Positions 51,037 through 64,000 of a DNA stretch of 64,000 nt are shown one piece after another. Under the pieces are notes generated by a model. It made no database searches. It was not told where the DNA came from and saw only the letters and a list, made by a program, of their open reading frames with translations. Origin of the DNA: Octopus sinensis (taxonomy: Eukaryota); the NCBI RefSeq assembly GCF_006345805.1, contig NC_042999.1, positions 76,074,001-76,138,000 of the forward strand, given 5' to 3'. The position numbers and the translations under genes were made by a program. Position 1 is the first letter of the stretch; each line of letters starts with the position of its first letter.

Positions 51037-51859
51037 GAAATATATAATGCTGAGCCATAAAATATTCTCGTCATATCGTAATGATTAATATATAGCCAGT
51101 GAAATGAAGTATCGATTTATTCGCAGAAAGAATCCGTTAAGCGTTGTATGAACTACTCGTAGTGAAGAGTAGGATAATCTTTCCTGGTGTATCTACTTTC
51201 AGCAGAGACAATAGCAAACCTCGATTTTCATTTAATCCAGTTTGAATATATAGCTTTAAATTCAAGATGTCACCGACCACCATGAACTAATCAAATCTAG
51301 CCAATAAGCAAACCTCTCAGCAATGTGCCGAGCTGGTAGAAATAGCAACCAAATCTCTTGTAAATAAATGTCTTTTAAAAGAAAAAGGATATTTAAGACA
51401 GTTTAGTCTGATATATCTTTTGCATGAAAAACGCTTCGGTATTGATTGCAACATTTTGTTTACACATACATATATACATATATAAATACATGCATGCATG
51501 CATACATATGTACATACATAAATAAATAAATTAATACAAACACACATATGTATTTGTGTATGTATAATAGAAGTTTACATGGCACTTGGCAAGCGAGTAT
51601 AACCAGATAGCACATAGTCGAGGACTGAAATAGTGACAATTTCTGTTCTCCCACGTTTACCCAGTGGAAGAGTGATAATATTATAGGTAGAGGGAAAGAG
51701 AGCTACTCTAGCACTCGCCATAGACTTACATTTGCAGTTTAGTAGATTGGAGCGACATAAGACGAATTCTTGGCCTAAAGACATAACGCGACACCTAGTT
51801 CGAACAGAATTTAAGGAATGTAGAAAAACCTTTCCAATAGCATTATAATTATTGCATTG

Positions 51860-52560
51860 AAATTGATGTGAGACTTAAAAATAGATATCTCCAGTATTTT
51901 AACGTAAAAGGGTTTATGATACCTTATTGGAAAATCAGCCAAATATCGAGATTCTAGCTAGTCACTCTTCTTGGTTATCTAAGGCAACGTTTTATGGTAA
52001 ACCTCACACAGTTGCAGAAACTTGTAAGAACTCAATAATCACACATAATTCTGGTGTAATTTTAAAACAATGTCGCTCTTGAAATCAATAATCTGCATCT
52101 GTAAATCATCAATATCCAATTTAAACAGCTTTCCAAGTTCTTTGCACATATTTTAAATATTATTTGCACCCAAATGAAAAGCCAAAAAAACTACATATCT
52201 CAGAAATCTTATTAAAATCATTAAATCTCTTTTGAAATTGGCTCAATATATTTTCTATAAAAAATAAATGCAAATTATACATAATTATTATGCTTTGCGT
52301 TTGAAGTTAAACTCTTCTTATCAGATTCATCTTTAATATTTAAAGTGTGTAAGATAATTTTTTGCGAAGCTAGGTTATCCAAAGAGCTAATTTTATTTAA
52401 AAAATTATGGAAGTGAACATGATTGCAATATTTCTATTTTTGACTCGTAATGCAATGTTTTATTCATTTCGCTTTGTTGTAAAAGCTGTTTAAAATGTAA
52501 ATTTGCGAAACCATTCCGAGTCTTCAAGAAAGGTTATATATTTTTTTAACAATTAGGGAA
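51860..52560 (-). pseudogene. hAT transposase relic (SPIN/Charlie/GTF2IRD2-like C-terminal half)
   Basis: Minus-strand remnants FLEDSEWFRKFTF.TAFTTK.NE..I, IKLALW, RFNDFNKI, LDIDDLQMQIIDFKSDIVLK and ISIFG. Confidence 0.65.
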
Positions 52561-52999
52561 TTAAGTCATTATTGTTAAAAAAAAAACAATTAGGAAATGG
52601 TCTCTTATGAAATTCTAGAAATTAGAAATATGAAAGATAACAACCAGCTAAACTTTAAATGGTTGTTTGTCTTCAAACCTCTTTGTTCAATGACAAATAG
52701 AACATACAATGATTTAACATTTCACGTATTTAAAATAAAAGTATTCATCCCTGTAATACTCTTCTCTAATTCTTATACGAGTATCAAAGAAAAATAGTGT
52801 TAATTTATGATTTTTCTTATCTAATGTAACAATTTATAGAATAATGGTCCGTGATTATCTAGTTATGAATATAACATGTGTGGCAAGAGTTTGCGCTTGC
52901 ATCATTCTCGTAAAGTTTCAGGTTTTTGGAGAATCTTCTCAGCGTGAAGGTAGCATAATTATCTCAAGAATATTTTAAGATATGAACATTTTAGTAATG

Positions 53000-54115
53000 G
53001 AAAGATATAATACGTTACCGTAATCATGCACATTATGTATGAGTGCTCACCGACTTATAACCATTAGTGTTACACGAATTTTCGATGTTGCTAACCGCTA
53101 TCTTAGCAGTGAATGCATTTTTCGACGCTACCAGAAGCTCAAATAGCGATAAGTGAAAGTTGTGTAGTGTGATACGATCGACACGCAGAGGGATGCTGTT
53201 AGTATAACATTATTTCATCTCATTTCGTCACATCGTTTAATCTCTTTACTTTCTAGTGTCTTCACAATTCATTTTTTCATGTTGTGAAATACCCTCGAAT
53301 GTTATATCCTCAAAACATGCCTAAAAGACTTTAAAAAATTGAAACACCTCATAGAAGTGAGTGGAACAGTAGAAAAGCAATAGCTCGCGAAGCAAAACTA
53401 ATGATAGTAGCTCAGTGTGAAAGAAGAATATCTGCTTCAGTGCTTACACGCAATTTCAGTTTATTGTAGTCGATGATCTCTGTCATCTTAAATGATAAGT
53501 GCCGTGTCAGTGACACCCTGAAGATATCGTTATCTTCAACGCATTACTAAAACTTGTTACATTCATGAAGAGGTGAAATCCATTCCAGGTTGCAATGCTT
53601 TTCAGTATCGTAGATTCTCGCTGGTGGAGAAAATGTAGCTGAGAAGCCACTTCTTCTTTAGTGCAGAAAACCCAAGTGCTTTAAAGAAAGATAGCATACG
53701 CACGATGCCTCTTAACTATAACGAGCATATTAATGAAAGGATGATTAAATGAATCTTTGAATATTCGTTCTTGCATAACTGTTTAGAAAAAATAAACTGA
53801 ATCAAAAATTTAATGAATTTTACATAATGCTCCGTGTCACCCATAGCATCTCCGACACTTGAATGCTGCTATAAGCGTAGTGTACCCAGCTCCAAATACA
53901 ACAACAGTGAAGCAACCCATGAAACAAAAGTTATATAGATTTTTAAAGCATATTATCAACAAATAATCATTACGAAAATGATAGATGCAACTGACCCAGA
54001 ATTCATTCCCTGATTTTTGGAAAAGACACAATGTTTTCAAGGTAATTAAGGACAATGCCGCAGTCACAAGACCGTAGAAAAACAATATCGTAAACAATGT
54101 GTTGAAAACTTAAGG
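53000..54115 (+). pseudogene. pogo/Tigger (TIGD-like) DNA transposon relic, internally deleted
   Basis: ATG at 53317. HTH-like RKAIAREAKLMIVAQCE..STISVIL-type segment; GENVAEKPLLL/SAENPSALKK; NAPCHP; PAPNTTTVKQPM; DFWKRHNV. Confidence 0.7.
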
Positions 54116-54139
54116 AATATGAAACGCTTTCATATAGGT

Positions 54140-54179
<40 letters not shown>

Positions 54180-55976
54180 ATAATATATATATATAATATA
54201 TATATATATAATATATATATATAATATATATATATATTACGAGTTTATATGTGTGTGTGTGCATATATATATATGTACATCTTTATAGATACGAATGCAA
54301 AGATATATAAGTATGTGCTTATGCATGCATATCTGTACGTACGTATGTATATATAAATGTATAAATGATTATATATATGTTTGTGTGTATGTATGGATCG
54401 CGAGTTGGCAAACATTTCATATTTTCCCTTAGTGGAGGAGTTCTGAGATCTATGGTTCTCTTTCATTTAAGAGACTGCAGGTCATGTAATCGACTACCTG
54501 TTGAGTAACTGGGCACTCTAAGTGATTATATATCTCAGATATAATATGAATATACTGCCTCAGTCCATAGAACAAATGTGTGTGAGAATTTGTGCTTGTG
54601 CGCATTATAAAAAATATATAGAACGTACAGTTGTACAGTTTTTTCAAGTTTTATTAGTCACCCTCCTCAATGCAAAACTGAAACACACACACACACACGC
54701 ACACAAATACACACACAAACACACACACACAAACTCTCTCTCTCACGCATACACTCGGATTATTTAAAATAAGGCAAAGAAGAATATGAAAGTACAACAA
54801 TTTAATTTAGGAAGAGGACACGTAAAAACCGGGAAATCAGGAAAATTGAAGCAAAACGCATTAATAGTAAAAGGGAAAGCCGATTCATGATTTTATAAAT
54901 AAATTATAATATATGAGTAATATATATGCTAATATATGAGTAATATATAGTATATTACTTTAATATATGAGTAATAAATTAGAGTAACGATTCCAATAAT
55001 AAACTTATGCTGATGACGTTTTCAAATTAGTTCATTCCTAGAATTCAACAAGTTGAAAGAAAAGAAGAATTCTTAACGGTACATATGCAACACGATCTAC
55101 ATCATTCAAAATATACTTAAAGTTTCTAGTGCCCCCAGCTTTCCGATCTGAAACGCGTTGTCCATGAGAGTTGCTGTTTATTTCTTTGACTGCCTAAAAG
55201 AATATGCATGTTATAGGAGACCTGTTCTTCAATGTAGGTTGTTAGGCGTAAATAATGTCGTTCACTTTAGCCTGCCAACTTCACCCTCGACAATATACGA
55301 AATCATTGCTGAGGAATGTGTCTTCAAATAGTATCAGTTGAGAATGGCACGATTACATTCTTAAATTACGAATGTCTATTGCATATTATTTTGTCGCTAC
55401 AGGAATTAAAATCCATCATACTGATGCTACTATTACTATCGAAAATTTTCATTTATTCTTGTTAAATATTTTGTGGTACTTGTGATCATTCTAGCAGCAT
55501 TCCTTTTCGGAACTACAAGGCTTAAATCCATTTTGGCGACATTGGACAACAAACTCATTCTGTATTAAAGATTATAACAAATAATATTCAAATTTGCGAT
55601 GTTTCATGTTCTTGCGAGGGTACAAGATACTGTCGTAAAAGGCTGAAGAACTAATTTCTTAATATACACCAACGTTTCATTTGGCTCCTGCTTGTATATA
55701 GAGTAAAATATACGTACACACACACCTATATATAAATGTATATATATATATATAAGTGGTTAGCTGAGTTAGAGGTTAAGATAACCGTCTAAGGGATAGA
55801 AGTATCCATTACACTACCGGTATATTACCTATGGTTAACCATGGACATACATATGCAAACATACTATGTTCATAAGTTATAGGTAAAGACGAGGGTAAAA
55901 ATGGATTTATCACGAATCAAAATTTAAAGAAAACAACTGAATTGTTGTTCATCAATATTTCTCCATTTTCTATTTT

Positions 55977-56052
<76 letters not shown>

Positions 56053-56069
56053 GCCATGATAGATCGCTA

Positions 56070-56235
56070 GCCACTACACACATTTTTTTCTATCCTCGTT
56101 TCTTTCTGTGTTCTTTTCTGTGGAAAAGCGTAGACTCGAAACGTTAAAGACTTTTTCAATTCCCGAGCATTATACTAATACATTTGTTTGTTTTCTACAC
56201 CACCTGTTTTCGTCTTTTGTTTATTTCGTGAATTC
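56070..56235 (+). mobile_element. Penelope-like tail repeat with a degenerate hammerhead-like motif, between TA runs
   Basis: TCTTTT-CTGTGGA-AAAGC-GTAG-ACTC-GAAA-CGTT-AAAGA; homologous to 10533-10570. Confidence 0.45.
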
Positions 56236-56249
56236 TCCCTATATATATA

Positions 56250-56312
<63 letters not shown>

Positions 56313-58369
56313 TGTATGTATGTATGTATATGTACATATATACACATACTTACATACATACATGCATACATACATATACATACATACATACATACGTACA
56401 TACATACATACGTACATACATACATACATACATACATACATACATACATACATACATACATACATACATACATACATACATACATGTATATTATTCATTT
56501 CTCCGTTTAGGAATACCTTCTTCACAACAAGGGCTCTCTTAACTGAAGATATACGAACTCTCAAACCTATATTTACTAAAGCATAATGCAATTCCTTCTA
56601 GCAATGCATATTTAAAACGTTTAGTAAATAACTGCTGATAAACAGAAACAAGATGGAAATAATATTTCTTCGATAACTCAATTGATTCCGCTGGTCATGA
56701 CAAATTCTGCTTTAGGAGTAGAAATTGCACCTCCACGTAGCAAATTATGGGGGAACTTCGTGAGCATGTTATTTGAGATGAAGATAAGATTTCATTCACA
56801 TGTAATCATATTATTTTAAATCGTGGCAAAGCACTAGAAAACAAAATCAGTAGAGAGAAACTCGGAAAATATTTGTTCATGCCAAAAAATGTCTATGAAA
56901 CTGCCATACCTACAGTCCCCATATTTCTTTCAAACATTACAAATACATAGAAACACACATAAGTATATATCAGAATATTAATAAAGTACAAACATATATT
57001 TACCTAACTTAAGATACGTGATCAATCCAATATTAATAGCACATAAACTTCAAATAATATTTAAAGGCCACAAACGATTACTTTTGAGCTGACCCTAAAG
57101 TGTAGGCTTAGTTTCAGTAACTGCTCGAAGTGCGAAGTAGTTTATGAGCATTTTTGCGACGTGATTATCGTAAAACAACTTTCAGGGATGAAAAAGAAAA
57201 AACAGCTCTGGTTTAAAACCCACATGGCGAATTGTAAATTATAAAATGTAAATATTTATAAGAAATCTTTCAATCTACTATGTATCAATGTATCACAAAC
57301 GTAAATCTGTAATTCATAATCAAAGCTTTTAGTCGACACAGAAAGCACTATCGTGAAACTCTGAGAGACGACTTGAAAGATTCCAGTCTTAATTGATTAT
57401 ATAATTGCTATCGGCATTAATATAGAAGTAAATCATATATACCAGCGTATGCCTGGGTATGTGTGTGTATCTATGTTATTACTTCCATCTATATACACGA
57501 ATATGTATATGTGAGTATATGCGTGTGTGTGTATACACATACATTCATAACATACATACATACATACATAACATACATACATAACATACATACATGCATA
57601 CATACATACATACACACATACATACATAACATATATACCATACATACATGCATACATACATACATACATACATGTATTCATATGTTTGAATCTAGATACT
57701 TTCATATATCGACAGAAAGTGACAGAGAGAATGTCAGAGAGACGTATTTTGTGAAACTGTCAAATTTGGTACTTTATGAAATATCATTTTTCAATTTCAG
57801 TTTGCTGATTGAAAACATAGATTACTTAATTTAAGCATTGTAAAAACTGAATATGACGATTCTTAAAACCAATTGCTTAATAATTTAACATAAGCACAGA
57901 CGGATGAAGATTAACAACTAAAATACCTTGCATTAGCTATCATCAAAGAGATTTCAGATACAACGATAGATAAAGTAAACGATAAAATATATAACATTAT
58001 ATGGAGCTCTGGCTTATTGATGAAGAATATATTCAGAGTCAAGTGTTGCTATGAATCCACTAATATTAGCATTCATATGTAAATCCTAAGTAAGTTATTA
58101 GTCTTATCAATATATGTGTACCGAATATACATTTGTGATTGAAATTTACGCAAACACACAATGCTGACGCAGAAACATACATGTGCACGTACCACACTAC
58201 CCCACCACCACCACCAAACACACATACATATATATACATACACATACATACATAAATACATACATATATACATACAAACATACTTACATACATACGCATA
58301 AGTATACAGCAAGTATGCAGATATGGGAAATTGTACACACAATTATACGTGAGTACTGTGTCGTCTCTT

Positions 58370-58374
58370 TTTCT

Positions 58375-58409
<35 letters not shown>

Positions 58410-58493
58410 ATATATGTATATATATATATGTGTGTGTGTATATATGTATAGATATATATATAATATATATATATATGTGTATGTGTGTATATG

Positions 58494-58548
<55 letters not shown>

Positions 58549-58958
58549 TGTGTGTGTATATGTATATATATATAGATATATGTATATATATATATATATA
58601 TATGTGTGGGTGTGTATATGTATATATATATATATATTATATATATATATATATGTGTATATATATATATAGTGTGTGTGTGTATATGTATATATATTAT
58701 ATATATATATATATTATATGTATATATATATAATATATATATAATATGTGTGTGTGTAATATTATATATATATATATATATCTATACATATATACGTATA
58801 TATATAGTATATAATATAGATGTATATATATATAGTATATATATATATGATATACATATATATGTATATATATATGTTATATATATATGTATATATATAT
58901 ATGTGTATATATATATGTATATATATATATGGTATATATATATGTATTATATATTATG

Positions 58959-58990
<32 letters not shown>

Positions 58991-59017
58991 TATATTGTAT
59001 ATATATATAATTTGTAT

Positions 59018-59052
<35 letters not shown>

Positions 59053-59056
59053 ATAT
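58370..59056. repeat. Long (TA)n/(TG)n microsatellite
   Basis: Seen directly. Confidence 0.95.
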
Positions 59057-59609
59057 ACATGCAGGCGTGTGTGTGTATATACATATATGCGTATGTGTAT
59101 TTATATGCCTATATATGCATATTTATCATATATGTATGTGCCTGTACATCTGCATGTACCCACTCGTATGTTTGTATGTGTATCTCCCTGTGTCTGTATG
59201 TTTGCGTGTATTGGTGAACACCAATTCTTTCTGACATTCATATACAATATTGAACTCTACCGGTTTTTTATGTGCAATATTTTGCTTCTCTTATATTTTT
59301 GCCAACAATATATTTGGATTTTCGGTACAGAAATATTCCAATAATAAACTCTTATTATTCGAGTCTTGTAAACTATAATGATAAAACAGCATTAATATCT
59401 TTTGAAAGTTAAAAAAAGCACAATAAATCCATTCGCAATATTAAAGCTATGATTATTGAAATGACTGTGTGAGTATGTGTACGTTTGTTTATGTGGAGAC
59501 AGACACACAGTAGTTAGATAGATAGATCTTGTTTTCCCAAGCTTGTGATGTTCCATGCTTACGAGAGAAGGCACTCACAAATACGCACACAGACACCCCC
59601 CTCTCTCTC

Positions 59610-59658
<49 letters not shown>

Positions 59659-60714
59659 GACTTGCGTATATGCCTGTGTATTGGATTTCTTTGATATCCC
59701 ACGTAGCATCACTAACATACCTCGCGAGCTTTCATTTATCATGAACCATTGCTCATTTTTGTCGAAACGAATTGAAACCATTTCGGGAATATATTGAATT
59801 ATGTATGATGTATATTATGCAATGAACAAATGATACGTGGAGACAAGGGTCAATATTGCAGTACATTATAGTAATAGGAGACTTATGGGCGGTTGAATCC
59901 ATATGGAAATATCTTACGGTATTTAGTTGGTGCCTTTCCATAGAAGATTTAAATATCGCCAACTTGTACCTTAACGTTTAGCTTTCGGGATTCGACAGAA
60001 TAAATACTAAACAAATACTGCTGTGCAGTTAAAAATACAAATTGAATTATGTATGATTTACGTTTTGTTATGAAGAATTACTGCCTGAAGAAACAAGGGT
60101 CACTACTGAACTGAAATGGGCACACCTCCCACCATTAGATTCCACTGGGAGCTGCACCACTTGGAATCAATTCATAACATTTCATTAACACCACCGAGTG
60201 AAAAGGCATAAATATTTATAAATTCAAAAATCTTTCTCGTTTCGCAAGTCTGAGAAATAAATACAGCAACATTTAAATATTTTCATTTCAGCTTGACATT
60301 TCATAATTAGCTCGTATCAAACTTTGAACGATTAAGAATGGGAAATTTTTTGCAAGGAAAATAATAATAAAACCCGGAGTTTTGTTTGACTGTCAAATTT
60401 GCAACTTTTGCGAAATTACATTTGAAAGTATTGGCTTCTCGATCTAGTATTTTACAAAACTGAATACAAAACTTCTTAAAATCAATGGTTTGACAAGTGA
60501 ATGATGAAAATTATTCAGACATTTAAAGAAAAGCCTTTCACAAAATCATTCATGACATAAGGTGCATCGCTGACGCAAATGGAGTGAAATGGCTACGACA
60601 GTTAATCGGTGGCAGGTCTAACAAAAGAGCTAACTTGTCATTGGCTTTCATCTAGGCCATTAATTATTAACAGAGGGGGAATATTAAAAAATTGACTTAA
60701 TCTATTTCGTTACG

Positions 60715-61480
60715 AGTAAGCATTTCAGCGAAGTAGCTGGAAAATATTTGATTTCATTTATATTTTTTATGCTGTATCTTCTTTTCGGCGTGTTAGCTTT
60801 TGGTACCTTAACATTTTCCTGGTTCTTGATACTTTTGAGTATTTCAATATCAGATCTAGGTACATTAGTTATATTTCTAATTAGCTTTTGCCAAGCTGAT
60901 TCCCTATTGATATTTTGTGTCCTTCTTTTAACTTGAATAACACACACTGCATCAAATATCGAATCTGCAGTAAAGACTAGAATATTCAATGAGGAAATAT
61001 CTGCTTCACTTTATAACTGGGTTTTAGAACTGCATTTACCATACGTATTGCTCTACTATTTCGTTTTGAGTTGCGAATCATTGAAAGGTCATTGTGATCC
61101 CTCATTTCGGTGTATATGCCATTAAACTACTCTGATACAACTTTTATGTTGAGATCGCCATATTCCGAGTCTGAAACCAATCTGAAACCAATCTCATGTA
61201 GATCAGCGCCAGGAGCTATTTCGTTGAATGCCTTGGTTTCTGTATTTCTTGTTCTGGGTTCCACTTCTAAAGTGAAGCAATGTGTTACATCATTATTTGC
61301 TTTCTCATTTGTTCAACTATTTGCCTGAACATGTATTTGAATCAGATGGATATGCATGCCAGTCAAAACCCTCTTCTTCATAATGTTCATAGGAATATTA
61401 GCTAATTCATGGCTATCTATGTTTCGTTTGGTAGAGTTTTATTTACTCCAGTTTATATAATCTAGTTTCGGCTTACATCT
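60715..61480 (-). pseudogene. Very old RTE-type AP-endonuclease relic
   Basis: APGADLHEIGF (cf. APT..E+..FY), GDLNIKVVSE (GD+NAKVG), RNSRAIRMV (RN+RG+R++) and RSDIEIL..PKRRYSIKNI (GSDH.LL...RY), in the expected order. Confidence 0.5.
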
Positions 61481-61884
61481 ATGCGATGGAAACTGCACTA
61501 CAGTGAAATAGGCCACCAGAACGTCATTGTTTTCTTCCCTTGTTCATTTTCATCTTGTTTTCGCTTTATCACATGAAGGAGGTGTGCATTAAAGGTCATT
61601 ATTTGGAGGTATTCTATTAATGCCTTCATGCCTTTGTTTTTCAAAGGGATCAAACGCCCGATCGGATATGTATGTTCATTGCAAGGTATTTTCTACATAC
61701 TTATGTATTGCCCTTATCGTCAATTTATAGTGATTATAACACACGAGGAAACTATGACTTGTTTGTCGTTTTATTCAAGTTTACTATCATCATTTTTTAT
61801 TATTGAATGATAATATTTCATAACATTCTATGAAACTTCTAATATCATAGTGCGTTACGCAACTTCTTTGCATGAAGTACTGTT

Positions 61885-62060
61885 TCTTCTTCTTCTTTTT
61901 CTTCTTCTTCTTCTTCTTCTTCTTCTTCTTCTTCGTGTCGCGTGGAAGACGAATTTAGTTGTCTGACGAGTGTACAGCGAAGATCGACGCACCACCTTCC
62001 CTTAGCAGAGTAAGAGGCTGTGTGTAGTGGACCCGTCTGAAAGGTTTGCAGACAGGCATA
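61885..62060 (-). mobile_element. Probable LINE 3' end with (GAA)n tail
   Basis: GC-richer 120-bp segment ending CCACGCGACAC and followed on the minus strand by (GAA)n; typical of RTE-type tails. Confidence 0.4.
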
Positions 62061-62910
62061 TTTCTATCTAGTGAGGCCCTCATAAATTTGAACTCAGAAC
62101 GTAAAACACAGTAAGGCATACCCAATACTCTAACGATTCTCCAAAATAATAATTATTTCTTGTACTTTCCACAATGGCGACAGATGATGGAGCAAAACGT
62201 GTGTTTAACAAGTTATAGCAGCAAGAATTGCGAAAAGGTGAGCAGTCTTTTTAATTGAACCACGTCTCTTGAGTTGGTACTTACTTTAATGGTCCAGGAA
62301 TAATGGAAATTAAATTAACTGCAGAAGAATTTGAACTTAGTATGCAAAGAAAAGTGTCTAGGTATGAAAAGTATTTTCCCTCTGAGTACTATTGTAATCA
62401 AAGACTATAACTGCATCCCAACTTTCAATTAAATAATAATATATGAAAAATATTACACACGATATGAAAGTTCACACGTCCTTAAAGAAAAAAGAAGAAA
62501 ACAACTTGAGTTGATAATTACAATATATTTTGGTTTCTACTAATCAGAATCCTGTATTCATTTTCCAGATGAAATGACAAAGAAATCGAGTAAAATAATG
62601 AAAGATAGTGATTTCAGGAGGCAAATATATCTTAGTCGAAAGACGTTTGCTGTCAATGTTAGACTTAAATCGGTGTTAAATGTGATAAATTATCATTAAA
62701 TTCCGAAGAGAATTGGAACTCTATAAGAACGACAGCATTGAAATACAAAGCTTGGTGAATAATTTCCTCCAACATACTCATGTACACACACACAAACAAA
62801 CAGAGAGCAAACAAACGCGCGTATATGCATATTTGCATTGACACATACATGCTATGCACACACATACATATGCATACATATGGTGGTGCACACGCACTAT
62901 ATACAAGCAT

Positions 62911-62979
<69 letters not shown>

Positions 62980-63369
62980 GTGTGTGTGTGTGTGTGTGTG
63001 TGTGAACTTAAGGTTAGCTAAAATATGTTTGCGACATATTCCAACTTCGAAAGGCAAATTTACTGCAGTTACCGCAGAGAAAACATTCTCTCTTATGGTA
63101 AAAAGATGTAAAAAAATGCATCAGCGATTAGCAGAGACCATGTCGCAGTAGTTACTTTATCGAAGCTTAATATAACGAAAGTATTCAATAACGGAGCAAT
63201 GTTTTCTATTATCTTGCAATATACTTCTAATTCTCCCTTTAAAACAGTGTAGAACATCTCATATTAAATAGGACCTATAATAGAGTGTCTAGAATTGTGA
63301 TGCCTCGAAAGAGCAATGTCTTTCTTTGCTCTTCTTTCAATAACAAATTATCTGGCATAAAGTATTATA

Positions 63370-63690
63370 AAACAGAAGCCAGATCCTAACGACACCATCA
63401 AGTTTTTGGGTTTCCACTCCTGGTTAAACCAATTCACTATGCACGCACATGAAGTTAACAATCTTGAAAAAATATATGAGAATATTACTTCCATGCGCAC
63501 GCAATATTTCATAATCATGTGAGACATTGAAACACAAGTAAATGAGAGTGGAAAAAGAACATTTGCTGAGGTGTATAATACCAAGTTATAACTACCAGTC
63601 CCGTCAGTATGCGACTACTCTGTACATTATTGGTCCTTGTGTAATAAATCTGAAGACAGTATGATGCAGATGTTATACAAATGTACTAAT
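63370..63690 (+). pseudogene. Probable RTE-type AP-endonuclease relic
   Basis: EVNNLEKIYENITSMRTQYFIIM*DIETQV-NESGKRTFAEVYNT resembles +E.FY..L....+I+GD+NA+V..NE+G+R+++FA...NT. Confidence 0.4.
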
Positions 63691-64000
63691 AATTCTTGAA
63701 TGTTTAAATTTTGGATGGGCTTTTTTACTAACAACACTCTGGTGGAACAAGTTTGTGCTGTTGTGATTTTTTAGATATTATGTTATACTTCATTTACGAT
63801 AATTTTATGCATGCGAAAGCTATCAGAGTCACCATATTCGTATGTCGATTCCTATAAAATCACTATCTAGTGAATGGCTTGTCTAAATCATTTACGTCGA
63901 TTGCTGGTTTCGCTCTGTAAAAGCTGTGAAGTTATGTTCTTTTCAAGTCGAGACCGCCACGTAGTTTCGAGTCCAATGTGAATTTCTTTTCAATTCATTT

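Noticed and set aside
60702-60989. 95-aa ORF as a host exon
   Set aside because: Better explained as part of a decayed RTE endonuclease together with upstream stop-containing frames.
63348-63584. Membrane-protein-like minus-strand ORF
   Set aside because: The opposite strand resembles an RTE endonuclease relic, and hydrophobicity is expected from T-rich sequence.

Overview
This is eukaryotic, very AT-rich, microsatellite-saturated animal DNA. The dispersed repeats look like those I recall from Octopus (coleoid cephalopod); that assignment is from memory, not a search. I cannot support any host protein-coding gene, rRNA, true tRNA or CRISPR array, and most listed ORFs are translations of (TA)n, (TACA)n or trinucleotide runs. 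The interpretable content is transposable elements. (i) Three APE-type, CR1/L2-group-like LINEs on the + strand at about 10.9-13.0, 16.5-21.2 and 23.8-27.4 kb. The near full-length copy has an intact ORF1 (Myb/SANT-like plus CCCH finger), a disabled APE-RT ORF2, and a 250-bp higher-order tandem array at its 5' end. (ii) Two R4/Dong-like restriction-endonuclease LINE fragments beside (TAA)n. (iii) Several RTE relics, hAT and pogo/Tigger transposase fossils, and many tRNA-derived SINEs. The most unusual structures are RNA-level. One is a large palindromic element (about 1.6-3.1 kb) with two divergent tRNA-like Pol III heads, each followed by (AAT)n and a minimal hammerhead-ribozyme-like motif. 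The other is a hammerhead-like core enclosed by a perfect 26-bp inverted repeat at 22.3 kb. There is a 100-N assembly gap at 27385-27484. All domain and family calls come from manual translation and motif recognition.
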